In this document: piece after piece, positions 1-9,393 of the stretch
Numbering within the stretch: the first letter of the stretch is position 1
How the letters are laid out: each line of letters starts with the position of its first letter
NCBI GenBank assembly: GCA_043824495.1
Contig: JBDRSV010000015.1
Location: forward strand, 32,979 to 96,978
Direction: 5' to 3'
DNA length: 64,000 nt
DNA from: Candidatus Aenigmatarchaeota archaeon
GTDB lineage: Archaea > Aenigmatarchaeota > Aenigmatarchaeia > QMZP01
Made by a program: the position numbers and the translations under genes
The notes under the pieces: generated by a model
What the model saw: the letters and a program-made list of their open reading frames with translations, nothing else
What the model was told of the DNA's origin: nothing
Database searches by the model: none

Positions 1-918
1 GCAACATGTACAGCTGTGGACAATGTAGGAAACGTGGTCACATCTACAGCTAGTTACACTGTGTCAGCTGCGGCAGGTGGTGGCGGAGGCGGCGGAGCAG
101 CCGGAGGTAATGCATACGATAACAAGAGTAAGAAGCATGATTTAATACCAGGTAAGGGTTTGCAAGGTAACACCAAATTACAAACAGCACTAGAAAAAGT
201 TCTTGGTAAAGGAAAGATGAATGAAAACGCCATACAAAACTTGATGAGATTATCAGAATCCATAGTTCAAGAAGTTGATGCTAACAGAGTAATGAGTAGA
301 GAGACAGGTAAAACAAGATTTGATCTAACATTGAAATACAAAGGACAGAAGAAAATTAAGAACTTGGTAGTCTGGGACAAGTTACCAAAGGCATTTGCAG
401 CACATACAGACAATATTAGTGTGAATGTAACTGGAGCAACAATAGAAATTGTTGAAACAGATCCAGAATACTTATTCGTGTTTGATGAAGTCGCACCACA
501 ACAAGAGATTGTCATTTCTTATGAAGTGGCAAGATTAGCTGCAGCAACTACAGTAGACGATGCAGAAGTAGAGATATATGCAGAAGGGTTAGAAGAAGTC
601 GGTGATGTGTGTGGTAACGGTGTTTGTGAAACAGGCGAGAACTCTGATAATTGTTTAGTTGATTGTCCTCTTATAGCAGATACGTGTAATGCAGGTGAAA
701 AGAGATGCTCGGGAAATAGCATACAAGAATGTATAGAAGATGGGACAGATTGGAGAACAATTGACACATGCCAACATGGATGTGCAAATAATGTTTGTGT
801 TGAAAGACCAGCTGCGGATGTAGTTGATTACATGCTATTATATGCGGGTGTTTTGGTAGTAATCATAATCATCATTATAATTGTCTTAGTTGTCCTGCAT
901 CAGAAGAGAAAATTCTAA
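1..918 (+). CDS. C-terminal part of a membrane-anchored surface protein (Gly linker, Ig-like domain, Cys-rich repeats, C-terminal TM); 5'-truncated by the window edge
   Basis: The frame is open from base 1 (ATCTAVDNVGN...). It has a poly-Gly linker, the Cys-rich repeat CGNGVCETGENSDNCLVDC, a second Cys-rich repeat, and a hydrophobic C-terminal helix followed by KRKF. Confidence 0.75.
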   Translation, partial: ATCTAVDNVGNVVTSTASYTVSAAAGGGGGGGAAGGNAYDNKSKKHDLIPGKGLQGNTKLQTALEKVLGKGKMNENAIQNLMRLSESIVQEVDANRVMSRETGKTRFDLTLKYKGQKKIKNLVVWDKLPKAFAAHTDNISVNVTGATIEIVETDPEYLFVFDEVAPQQEIVISYEVARLAAATTVDDAEVEIYAEGLEEVGDVCGNGVCETGENSDNCLVDCPLIADTCNAGEKRCSGNSIQECIEDGTDWRTIDTCQHGCANNVCVERPAADVVDYMLLYAGVLVVIIIIIIIVLVVLHQKRKF

Positions 919-1319
919 GCTTCGAGCCTATAGAAAGCATTTGTTTCTGATCGAACCCCTCTCCTCAGTCGAATATCTAGATCTAGTGTAGCATTAACTC
1001 CAGGTATGGGTGATGGACAATCTAGACTATTCTTCGAATTCCCGAAATCAACTGCATAACCATTTCTAAAGTTATGATTCTCCAAATAACTAAATAACGC
1101 AGCAACATTAGAACTTTCTTCACCACAATCTTCCCAGCTCACATGCATAGTGTCATTAACTAGATCCTTCAAATCTTCTATAAGATACTTGTCATTTACA
1201 TCGAATGTGGACACAGTGTCAATTGATGTGTACTGGAAGAAACTTTGTTGTACAGCAAATATGAGAGATACGAGAAATACCATTGTTACAATAAACATCT
1301 GTGCTTTCTTCACAGCCAT
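915..1319 (-). CDS. Hypothetical protein with class III (prepilin-like) signal peptide
   Basis: N-terminus MAVKKAQ followed by the hydrophobic stretch MFIVTMVFLVSLIFAV. Confidence 0.55.
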   Translation of the reverse strand: MAVKKAQMFIVTMVFLVSLIFAVQQSFFQYTSIDTVSTFDVNDKYLIEDLKDLVNDTMHVSWEDCGEESSNVAALFSYLENHNFRNGYAVDFGNSKNSLDCPSPIPGVNATLDLDIRLRRGVRSETNAFYRLEA

Positions 1320-1435
1320 GATTAGAATTTGTTTTCTTGCTAATTAAATGTGAGCTTAGAAGCCGGACCTAAAAAATTGCGCCTATTGGCATACTGGCAC
1401 GGTCCTACCCTTCGGTTTATATCAAGAACCATCAA

Positions 1436-2431
1436 TTGTTAATAGTGATAACCATTAACAAGAAGCTAACATCTGATGATTCAAAGAGAATTAAAAGACT
1501 TTATTTATCAGGAGAATCAATATTTACTATATCTGAGAGTCTCCATGTAAATCCGTCAACAATTTGCGATCATTTAGAAAAGAGTGGAATTAAGAGACGT
1601 TCTGCTAGAGAAGCTGGAATTCTAGCTTCCAAAAGAGGCAGATTGAAAAAACATGAGATACCCAAGTCTTCAAGAAAAATGACAGAAGAAAAAGCATATA
1701 TTTTAGGTGTTATAGTTGGAGACGGTTGGTTACATAAAACAAAAAATGATTCTTATCAAATAGGACTGCAGGCAATTGATATGGATTTTGTCTATGAATT
1801 TATACGATGTTTTGAGAAGGTTTATGAATTAAAACCAAAGGTAACGTTGATTGAAGAGAAAACACCAAATTGGAATGATAAGTTACAAGCTCGAATTTGT
1901 AGCAAAAATATATTTAATGACATCATGAGTTATGGGAATGTGGGAAAGTATGAGTGGACTGTACCTAAAATTGTCTTCAATTCACCAGAAAACATTAAAT
2001 GTGCTTTTCTTAAAGGATTTTTTGACTCTGAAGGGTGTGTAGACAAAAGTAAGAAAATTATTACCAATTCTGTGAGTCTTGGTCTTTATGATATAAAAAG
2101 TCTATTAGTTTCTATGGACATCAGATCCAATATTATAAAGATTACTAAAGTGAAAGGAAATCGCAAAATGCGTTACGATCTCAATATTACAGGAAGAAGT
2201 TATATTGAATTGTACGCCCAGAGAATCGGATTTTCTATAAAAAGAAAAGAGAGAAAATTAGAAATTTTACTTAATAATTATAAATTGAGAACAACTCCGC
2301 ATCAAGATGTCATTAAACTTAAAGACGATATACTAGAAATGAGGAATAAAGGATTCTCTTATCAAAAAATAGCAGACAGATTGAATATAGGAATAACTAC
2401 AGCATGGAATTATGTAAATAAATCCAGTTAA
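1436..2431 (+). CDS. Free-standing double-motif LAGLIDADG endonuclease-like protein with N- and C-terminal HTH domains
   Basis: Two LAGLIDADG motifs (AYILGVIVGDG, FLKGFFDSEG). HTH-like segments at both ends (ESIFTISESLHVNPSTI; GFSYQKIADRLNIGITTAWNY). TTG start uncertain. Confidence 0.8.
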   Translation: MLIVITINKKLTSDDSKRIKRLYLSGESIFTISESLHVNPSTICDHLEKSGIKRRSAREAGILASKRGRLKKHEIPKSSRKMTEEKAYILGVIVGDGWLHKTKNDSYQIGLQAIDMDFVYEFIRCFEKVYELKPKVTLIEEKTPNWNDKLQARICSKNIFNDIMSYGNVGKYEWTVPKIVFNSPENIKCAFLKGFFDSEGCVDKSKKIITNSVSLGLYDIKSLLVSMDIRSNIIKITKVKGNRKMRYDLNITGRSYIELYAQRIGFSIKRKERKLEILLNNYKLRTTPHQDVIKLKDDILEMRNKGFSYQKIADRLNIGITTAWNYVNKSS

Positions 2432-3726
2432 GGGACTAGTCTTTCTGGAGTACGTGGAAATAATATGGCTTCCTTTATATTCTCTAAATGTAACATTTGC
2501 TGTACCATACGTTCAATACCGAAGCCACATCCTCCATGGGTAGCAACTCCATATCTAAAGGCATCTACATAGAATTTGAAATCCTTTGGGTCTAATCCTT
2601 TCTGTTTCATTACTTTCATGAGTTCTTCAGATCTGTGCTCTCTCTGTCCACCCGAAGCCATTTCCATGCTTCTGTATATACAATCATAACTATGGCTCTC
2701 TTTGCCGTCCATCATAACGTAGAAAGGTTTGAGTTTAGAAGGGAATCTTGTGACAAAATACCATTCATGTCCTTGTTTAGTCATGTATTCTCCTATCACC
2801 TTCTCTTCCGGGTCCATCATATCTTCTCCCCACTCAAATTTAACATTCTGCTTCTCAAGTATCTTAATCCCATCAGTATAAGTGATCCTCTTGAAAGGTG
2901 TGTTCGGAACAGTCAAGTCCTTAATGCTCAATATATCTAATTCTTGTTTACAATTCTTCAAAACCCCTTTGATTATATGAACAACCATATTTTCTACAGT
3001 CTTCAATACATCTTCCATAGAATCTATCCATGCTTGCTCAAAATCAAGAGATAAGAACTCAGAAACATGCCTTCTTGTGTGGAACTTCTCAGCTCTGAAC
3101 GCTGGACCTATCTCATACACACGATCTAAGCCAGAAGCCATTAAGATTTGCTTGTAAAGTTGTGGTGACTGTCTCAAGAATGCCTTGTTTTTGTAATAAT
3201 CAACACTAAATAGGGTAGCTCCACCCTCTGCTCCTGCTGCTTGTATAACTGGAGTGTGAGTCTCTATGAATCCATCACTTTCCAAGAAGTTCCTTGCAGC
3301 TGTCAAAGCTGCATCTTTGATCTTGAAAACAGCTTGTATTTTAGGGTTTCGTATGTCTATGAACCTATAATCAAATCGTGTATCCTTACCAGATTCTATC
3401 TTATCTGTTGTTTCTAATGGTAAAGGAGTTTCTGCTTTATTCACAATTTCTATACTATCCGGAATAATTTCTTTTCCTCCAGGTGCTGCTGGAGCTTGTT
3501 TTACCTTACCCTTAACTATGACACAGTCTTCTCTATGTAATTCATCTACTAAAGAGAATAACTTTTCAGAAACATCCGTCTTCTTAGCTGTTATTTGTAT
3601 GAAGCCTGTTCTATCTTTTAGCTTGAAAAACTTAAGTCCACCTAGACTTCTTACCTTGTCGACCCATCCCTTCACGATTACTTCTTGGCCAACATCCGCA
3701 TCCCGAGAAAACACCCTCTGACTCAT
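2428..3726 (-). CDS. aspS: Aspartate--tRNA ligase, archaeal type
   Basis: N-terminal OB anticodon-binding domain, RQSPQLYKQ, motif 2 FRAE, motif 3 HGGCGFGIER, C-terminal FPRTPERLVP. Confidence 0.95.
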   Translation of the reverse strand: MSQRVFSRDADVGQEVIVKGWVDKVRSLGGLKFFKLKDRTGFIQITAKKTDVSEKLFSLVDELHREDCVIVKGKVKQAPAAPGGKEIIPDSIEIVNKAETPLPLETTDKIESGKDTRFDYRFIDIRNPKIQAVFKIKDAALTAARNFLESDGFIETHTPVIQAAGAEGGATLFSVDYYKNKAFLRQSPQLYKQILMASGLDRVYEIGPAFRAEKFHTRRHVSEFLSLDFEQAWIDSMEDVLKTVENMVVHIIKGVLKNCKQELDILSIKDLTVPNTPFKRITYTDGIKILEKQNVKFEWGEDMMDPEEKVIGEYMTKQGHEWYFVTRFPSKLKPFYVMMDGKESHSYDCIYRSMEMASGGQREHRSEELMKVMKQKGLDPKDFKFYVDAFRYGVATHGGCGFGIERMVQQMLHLENIKEAILFPRTPERLVP

Positions 3727-3824
3727 AATATCCTTTGTAAATCAATAACTTAAGAACTTATATATTTTCTAGTTTTATTCTGTTGGTTTAGCAAAGGAAA
3801 TACAGGCTTCTCTGACATGGTGTA

Positions 3825-4067
3825 TCATGATGTGTCGTCTCTTATACGAAGACCAGGAGAAATATGTGGACCCTTATCAAAACTTAAATTCCCATCAGGA
3901 CCTACATCATAAAACCATAACCCACCGTCTCTAACAACTAGACACATGCCTGGAGCTACTTGATTACCTGAAAATGCTGTCTGATACGCCTTTAAACCGG
4001 TCCCGCTGGTCGTGTTTGATACTATATAGAAATATTTAAAAACACTATTTGAAGCGTCAAAACACAA
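3825..4067 (-). CDS. Possible short hypothetical protein or gene fragment
   Basis: Only sizeable ORF in the aspS-RPA intergenic region; no recognisable motif. Confidence 0.25.
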   Translation of the reverse strand: MCFDASNSVFKYFYIVSNTTSGTGLKAYQTAFSGNQVAPGMCLVVRDGGLWFYDVGPDGNLSFDKGPHISPGLRIRDDTS

Positions 4068-4101
4068 AAGACTTTTTAAATTATAACATTATATACTCTT
4101 T

Positions 4102-4413
4102 ATGGCAGAACAAGACAATTTCAAGAGATTACCTTCTGTATTTAGACGGATTTCTGAAATAAAACAAGAAGATATAAGAATCAGCCTCATAGGAACTGTT
4201 CTAGATAAAAGTGAGACAACAATAGCAGTGGATGACGGATCAGGCAAAATAGAGATAACATTTGAGGAGCCTGTGAAGACAGAAGTGAATAAACTTGTGC
4301 GAGTTTTTGGAACTGTTGTTCCAATGGATCAAGGATTTCAACTACGCGGAGAAATATTACAGGACATGAGCAAGCTGGATTTGGGTTTATATAAAAAAGC
4401 GATGAGTATTTAA
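4102..4413 (+). CDS. Single OB-fold protein, RPA small-subunit (RPA14/RPA3)-like
   Basis: OB-fold pattern ISLIGTV...VDDGSGKI...VRVFG; immediately upstream of PCNA. Confidence 0.65.
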   Translation: MAEQDNFKRLPSVFRRISEIKQEDIRISLIGTVLDKSETTIAVDDGSGKIEITFEEPVKTEVNKLVRVFGTVVPMDQGFQLRGEILQDMSKLDLGLYKKAMSI

Positions 4414-4445
4414 AATATGGGGATATAATATCACTAAGAGGTTGC

Positions 4446-5192
4446 ATGTTCAAATTAAAACTAGCTGATACGGATCTACTCAGAAATTCTATGCCTATTA
4501 TCGCAGAGATTATAGATGAAGGCACATTCAAGATAGATAAAAATGGTATGAGCTTACTTTCTCCTGACAGAACAATGGTTTCTGTTGTAGATTTCAAGAT
4601 TCTTTCTTCTGCATTTGAAGATTTCAAAATTGATGGAGAAGAATCAATTGGATTGAACATGTCTAGTTTTGTTTCTGTTCTCAAAAGATTGAAGACAGGA
4701 GACAAACTAACACTGGAATCGTCCGAGAATAAACTCAGAATGATTATAGAAGGTAGTGGTATGAGAACATTCACATTGCCTATAATAGATGTACAATCTG
4801 AAAAACCGCCTCTTGATCAATTAGATTTTGGTGGAAAAGTAGAATTGGATTCAAGTATTGTTGAAGAGGGAATAGCTGATGCTGATATAATTGGTGATTC
4901 CGTAATTTTTGAAGCTGGTCCAAATATGTTCAAAATGCACTCCAAAGGTGATGTTTCTTCAACTGAATTGAGTATGGGTAAAGATAACCAAGGTATTACA
5001 GGCATAACAGCAGAAAACAACATCAAAGCACAATACCCATTAGAATACTTGAAGAAAATGATTAAGGCAACTAAATTATCTAAACAAACAACAATAGAGT
5101 TCGGAAATGATTATCCTATGAGACTCACATTCAAAGCAATAGACAAGATGTCTCTTAATTTTATTTTAGCACCAAGAGTAATAGAAGATTGA
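4446..5192 (+). CDS. pcn: DNA polymerase sliding clamp (PCNA)
   Basis: 248 aa; SPDRTMVSVVD, YPLEYLKKMIKA and C-terminal FILAPRV are typical PCNA motifs. Confidence 0.95.
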   Translation: MFKLKLADTDLLRNSMPIIAEIIDEGTFKIDKNGMSLLSPDRTMVSVVDFKILSSAFEDFKIDGEESIGLNMSSFVSVLKRLKTGDKLTLESSENKLRMIIEGSGMRTFTLPIIDVQSEKPPLDQLDFGGKVELDSSIVEEGIADADIIGDSVIFEAGPNMFKMHSKGDVSSTELSMGKDNQGITGITAENNIKAQYPLEYLKKMIKATKLSKQTTIEFGNDYPMRLTFKAIDKMSLNFILAPRVIED

Positions 5193-5193
5193 T

Positions 5194-5634
5194 ATGGATT
5201 ATTCTGGCAGACCCGGAGTCGGAGTTTGTGTTCTTATTTACAAAGAAGGAAAAATACTTCTAGGCAAAAGACATGACGATCCTGTGAAAGCTGATTCTGA
5301 GCTACAAGGAGCAGGTAAATGGACAGTGCCTGGAGGCAAACTAGACTTTGGTGAAGATATAATAGAAGGGGCAAAGAGAGAAGCCAAAGAAGAATGTGAT
5401 ATAGATGTTCATGATACTGAATTAGTCAGCTTAACCAATGATATCAAAGGAGAAAGGCATTTCATTACAGTGGGTTTCTTAGCAAAAGAGTTCTCAGGAG
5501 AACCAAAAACAATGGAACCAGATGAAATAACTGAATGGAGATGGTTCCCAGTAGATCAGTTACCACAACCAATATTTTTCCCAGCAGAAAAAGCAATCAA
5601 GAATTTCTTAGCTGGAGAACAAATGAAATACTAA
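5194..5634 (+). CDS. NUDIX hydrolase (NUDT15/MutT-like)
   Basis: Nudix box GGKLDFGEDIIEGAKREAKEECD. Confidence 0.9.
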   Translation: MDYSGRPGVGVCVLIYKEGKILLGKRHDDPVKADSELQGAGKWTVPGGKLDFGEDIIEGAKREAKEECDIDVHDTELVSLTNDIKGERHFITVGFLAKEFSGEPKTMEPDEITEWRWFPVDQLPQPIFFPAEKAIKNFLAGEQMKY

Positions 5635-6413
5635 TCTGTCATAGATAATATACCATGAAAATATAATTCTGTTGGATCAAGTCCATTTTTACCCCTTCGA
5701 GATTTACTGGCAACAACAACTGATGTACTTATTTCATGTGCAAGAATACCTCTAGATTTTAATTCTATCGCATTGGCCATTGTCATGTGCCATCTCAAAT
5801 CTTTTAGATAAGATGCATATGATTCAGGACTAAGTAATGAAATATGACCAAGATAGTAATGATAATCCTCTAAACGAGAACCCAATTCTCCAAGCATTTT
5901 GTCTTTATCGTCATCTGGGTTTACATTGGGTGGATGTTCTATTCTTTTTTTGATATACTCCAATTCTATTTTTCTGTGTTCTCTTGCAAGATGTTGTACT
6001 GGTGGCGCTTCTACTGGTTTGCCATCAACCCATCCCAGTTCTATTTTATCAATATCTATGTCATTATATAGGCTAGCTATTCCAGTTTCAATTTCTGGAT
6101 CAAGATCAAAAACTGATATTGCTGCAAGGTCTGCAACACCATCTCTTATTAGAGCAGCATAAAAAGCGTTTTGTGTGTATTCACCGTTTCCTGCCGGCTG
6201 AAAAAGTCTATGTCTGCGTAGAACACGTTTTACACTATATCTTAATAAATCACCTGGGTGTGCTTGTTGAGGGAAACCTACCGGACTGACGTTATATATT
6301 CCATGGGGTAAAGCAAGAAGTTTTTCTGCTTGGTTCACAAATCTTTCTCTTGTTGTTTTAGTGACAGTTATAAGAGTTTTGTCACTAAACTGTCGTTTTG
6401 GTAGGTCGCCCAT
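5631..6413 (-). CDS. Hypothetical protein
   Basis: 260-aa ORF filling the space between convergent genes; no motif recognised. Confidence 0.55.
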   Translation of the reverse strand: MGDLPKRQFSDKTLITVTKTTRERFVNQAEKLLALPHGIYNVSPVGFPQQAHPGDLLRYSVKRVLRRHRLFQPAGNGEYTQNAFYAALIRDGVADLAAISVFDLDPEIETGIASLYNDIDIDKIELGWVDGKPVEAPPVQHLAREHRKIELEYIKKRIEHPPNVNPDDDKDKMLGELGSRLEDYHYYLGHISLLSPESYASYLKDLRWHMTMANAIELKSRGILAHEISTSVVVASKSRRGKNGLDPTELYFHGILSMTD

Positions 6414-6514
6414 AAAATATATACGGGAAAAAATTTTATAAAAACAATGTGATCAGATACGATAATAGATAACATTATGACTAACAATCATAATATATTC
6501 CTACATTGTGACTT

Positions 6515-6907
6515 TCATACACAATTTCCAGACACAAACAATCCCACTCTATCTGTTAATGTTGATTCACCTTCTGTTACGCCAACAATTATTTCTACTT
6601 TCTCACCCTCAAATCCATTGAGGTTGATATCTGTACTACAATACATTCCAATCATTGAATTTCCATCTGAAGAACTGTAAATACAGTTATCTAATGGAAA
6701 AGATGTAGCTAATTGCTCTCCTGATACAATTACTTTTGGGTTAAGAAGCTCATATCCTTTAGCTTCGACTACTAAAGGTGTAGTATCACCTACAGTAGTG
6801 CCATCAATTGGTTTAACTATTTCTATGTATGGGATTGCGTCTTCACTGGCTGCGTATGAAGGCCATATTAACAACAGTAAGATTGTTACTGCAATTATTC
6901 TTTTCAT
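6515..6907 (-). CDS. Secreted Ig-like hypothetical protein
   Basis: Signal peptide MKRIIAVTILLLLIWPSYAA; IEIVKPIDGTTV pattern typical of Ig-like beta-sandwiches. Confidence 0.6.
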   Translation of the reverse strand: MKRIIAVTILLLLIWPSYAASEDAIPYIEIVKPIDGTTVGDTTPLVVEAKGYELLNPKVIVSGEQLATSFPLDNCIYSSSDGNSMIGMYCSTDINLNGFEGEKVEIIVGVTEGESTLTDRVGLFVSGNCV

Positions 6908-6999
6908 AATTCAAAGAAGGAGAACTTATTTACCTTGCTTTCGATTATGTGCGGTTTTCACCGAACAAAAGCATTAAAATCAGCAAAACAATCTCTATC

Positions 7000-7659
7000 A
7001 TGGCTTCACAGAAAGAAATGATTTCTACGATCAAGATACTCAAGAAAAACCTAAAAAAGTTTGTAGATACCGCTTTGACTAAAGTCTCTGATGAAACAAG
7101 AAATCCCTTTCAAGTTCTTATTTCATGTATACTTAGTCTGAGAACTAGAGACGCTACTACTTCAGCTGCATCTGAGAGAATATTCAAGCTTGCGAGAACT
7201 CCAGAAGCTATGCTTAAGCTGTCTATAAAGCAGATAGAGAAGGCAATATATCCTGTGGGATTCTACAAAACAAAAGCCATTCGCATCAAGGAGATATGCA
7301 CAGATCTGATAGAGAAGTTTGATAGTAAAGTTCCAGATAATATGGACGATCTACTAAGCTTGAAGGGTGTTGGTAGAAAAACAGCCAACATCACACTAGT
7401 TTTCGGTTTTAAGAGAAAATATCATATACCTGTGGACACTCACGTACATAAAATTCCTAATAGAATGGGATGGATCAACACAAAAACACCAGAAGAAACA
7501 GAACAAGAGCTTATGCGCTTGATTCCTAAATCATATTGGATGGATTTGAATGATTTATTAGTAACATTCGGACAGAATATATGTCTTCCTGTGGGACCAA
7601 AATGCTTTTTATGTCCTGTTGAGAAATTATGTAAATACGAGAAAAAGAAATTTAAGTGA
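7000..7659 (+). CDS. nth: Endonuclease III (HhH-GPD DNA glycosylase)
   Basis: HhH LLSLKGVGRKTAN, PVDTHV and the [4Fe-4S] motif CLPVGPKCFLCPVEKLC. Start placed at ATG 7000. Confidence 0.93.
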   Translation: MASQKEMISTIKILKKNLKKFVDTALTKVSDETRNPFQVLISCILSLRTRDATTSAASERIFKLARTPEAMLKLSIKQIEKAIYPVGFYKTKAIRIKEICTDLIEKFDSKVPDNMDDLLSLKGVGRKTANITLVFGFKRKYHIPVDTHVHKIPNRMGWINTKTPEETEQELMRLIPKSYWMDLNDLLVTFGQNICLPVGPKCFLCPVEKLCKYEKKKFK

Positions 7660-7663
7660 TCTT

Positions 7664-8008
7664 ATGAAAGAGCTTCACTGCGCTGTTTTTATTGTGAGTA
7701 GAAAAAAAGGAATTCCTATTGGGAATAAGAAAGAATATTTCCAGGATGGTTACTTATTTCATATAGGAGAAAAGGAAGCAATTGATAAACTTGCCAAATC
7801 AACAACAATAATTTTCAGAAGACCTTACAAGACCAGATCAAATGTAAAATGTACAATAAACAAGAGAATAGAAAAATTTGCAGATAAACATATAGAGGGA
7901 TTCGAACCAAAGGATTGCGACTGTAAAAGTCATCTACATTTCTCTAGAGAAAATCCATTGGAAGAACCAGAATTCCATGACAATATCTACCTTAGAGAGG
8001 AAGATTAA
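7664..8008 (+). CDS. Hypothetical protein
   Basis: ORF directly after nth; ATG at 7664 chosen to avoid a long overlap; Cys/His-containing. Confidence 0.5.
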   Translation: MKELHCAVFIVSRKKGIPIGNKKEYFQDGYLFHIGEKEAIDKLAKSTTIIFRRPYKTRSNVKCTINKRIEKFADKHIEGFEPKDCDCKSHLHFSRENPLEEPEFHDNIYLREED

Positions 8009-8762
8009 ACGCCTTGATAGCGTTTTCTGTGGTTTGTTTTAGAACTTCCTCAGCTGTGATATCTTTTATCTTAGCTATTTTCTCAGCAGATAACTTGATA
8101 TTCCAAGGAGTGTTTTGCTTTCTTTCTCTATCAGGATCTAAAAAAGGAGCATCAGTTTCCAAGAACATTTGTTCTAGAGGAACAACTTTAGCTATTTTCT
8201 TAATATTCTTTGAGAAGCAAACTTGAGTAGAAACAGATACCCAGAAGCCTGCTTCCACAATCCTTTTAGCAAGATCTGAAGATCCAGAAAAACAATGAAA
8301 TATAGCTTGCACTCCAGCATCTTTTACAGCTTCAAAGCATTCTACTTCAGCATCCCAGGAATGTATTACTATAGGCTTGTTTATTTCTTTGGCTAGTTGA
8401 ATAAATTCTTCGAATTCTTTTCTTTGGATCTCTCTTTTGCTAGGTTCTTCTACCCAGTGGAAATCCATACCAACCTCACCAATTCCAACAATTAGATTCT
8501 TATTCTCTTTTATCAGTTTGATTATTCCATCCTTGTTATTACCTTCAACAGGATGATAACCAAGGGTAGGAAATACAAAACCAGGATGTTTCTTAGAAAG
8601 TTCTAGAACAGCTAGTCCTTCTTCATACCTAGCAGAAGAAGCTACTATAGCTTTCATTTCTTTCTTAGCTTGTTCTACTATTTTGTCTACATCTTCGTAG
8701 CCTTTTACTCCATCGCCATCAGATGGAAAGCACATGTGTGCATGAATATCTATCCCTAACAT
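7992..8762 (-). CDS. tatD: TatD family metal-dependent DNase
   Basis: DIHAH, GEVGMD, HSW, HCFSG and ETDAP motifs. Confidence 0.92.
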   Translation of the reverse strand: MLGIDIHAHMCFPSDGDGVKGYEDVDKIVEQAKKEMKAIVASSARYEEGLAVLELSKKHPGFVFPTLGYHPVEGNNKDGIIKLIKENKNLIVGIGEVGMDFHWVEEPSKREIQRKEFEEFIQLAKEINKPIVIHSWDAEVECFEAVKDAGVQAIFHCFSGSSDLAKRIVEAGFWVSVSTQVCFSKNIKKIAKVVPLEQMFLETDAPFLDPDRERKQNTPWNIKLSAEKIAKIKDITAEEVLKQTTENAIKAFNLPL

Positions 8763-8791
8763 ATTACATACTTAGTAAAAACAGTTATTAA

Positions 8792-9211
8792 TTATTCTGA
8801 TTCTTCGTCACTCCGGAACAAATTACCTGCATATTCAAGACCATGTCCTGCAATGCAGATTCCTGCAGGAAGTAATATGCCTGTAAAGAAGTCGCCGTCA
8901 GTTGCACTAGATAAAAAGGGAGCCGCAATAGGTGCAAGTCTAGCAATTCTGCCTGTGTGCTCAAGAAAATTTGGATCGTCTCCAACTTCTCTGTATTGTC
9001 TCACAGTGTTGAGAACCTCACCAGCGCCATATATGGCAAACATGTCATCTATAGAAGCTGTTAAATCTCTTCCTATATCACCTATTACTTCATATAAAAC
9101 ATGATCTCTAACACCATGATACCACTCAATAGCACTAACAGTTACTCCTAGTGCTCCCCCCACTCTAACTAAGTTTCCAGTATTTTCCCATAATTTTTTA
9201 CCAAAAGACAT
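8792..9211 (-). CDS. Hypothetical protein with Gly/Ala-rich hydrophobic helices
   Basis: 139-aa ORF co-oriented with tatD; no family recognised. Confidence 0.5.
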   Translation of the reverse strand: MSFGKKLWENTGNLVRVGGALGVTVSAIEWYHGVRDHVLYEVIGDIGRDLTASIDDMFAIYGAGEVLNTVRQYREVGDDPNFLEHTGRIARLAPIAAPFLSSATDGDFFTGILLPAGICIAGHGLEYAGNLFRSDEESE

Positions 9212-9393
9212 AAGATCACATAAGAAGACTGTACTGACTGTTTATATAGTTTATCCATGTTTATTCTTCTAAACTTAAAAGATGATGATCTCCGGCCTGA
9301 GATCAAAACAGCGTGCATGAAACCCTATAAAAAGGAGAAATTAAATATAAACAAGTCTTTTTAAACAGCAAACCAATTCTAAATGGGTTGTGC

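Noticed and set aside
1352-1412. GC-richer stretch upstream of the LAGLIDADG gene as a guide-like ncRNA
   Set aside because: Only short stems (GGACC/GGTCC, GCC/GGC) and no recognisable RNA family; insufficient without covariation data.
1436-2431. LAGLIDADG ORF as an intein or intron remnant in aspS
   Set aside because: It is on the opposite strand to aspS, aspS is complete, and there are no intein splice residues or flanking exons.
9282-9305. ATGATGA...CTGA with a 7-bp hairpin (TGATCTC/GAGATCA) as a C/D box sRNA
   Set aside because: The spacing is too short for a guide and there is no second C'/D pair.
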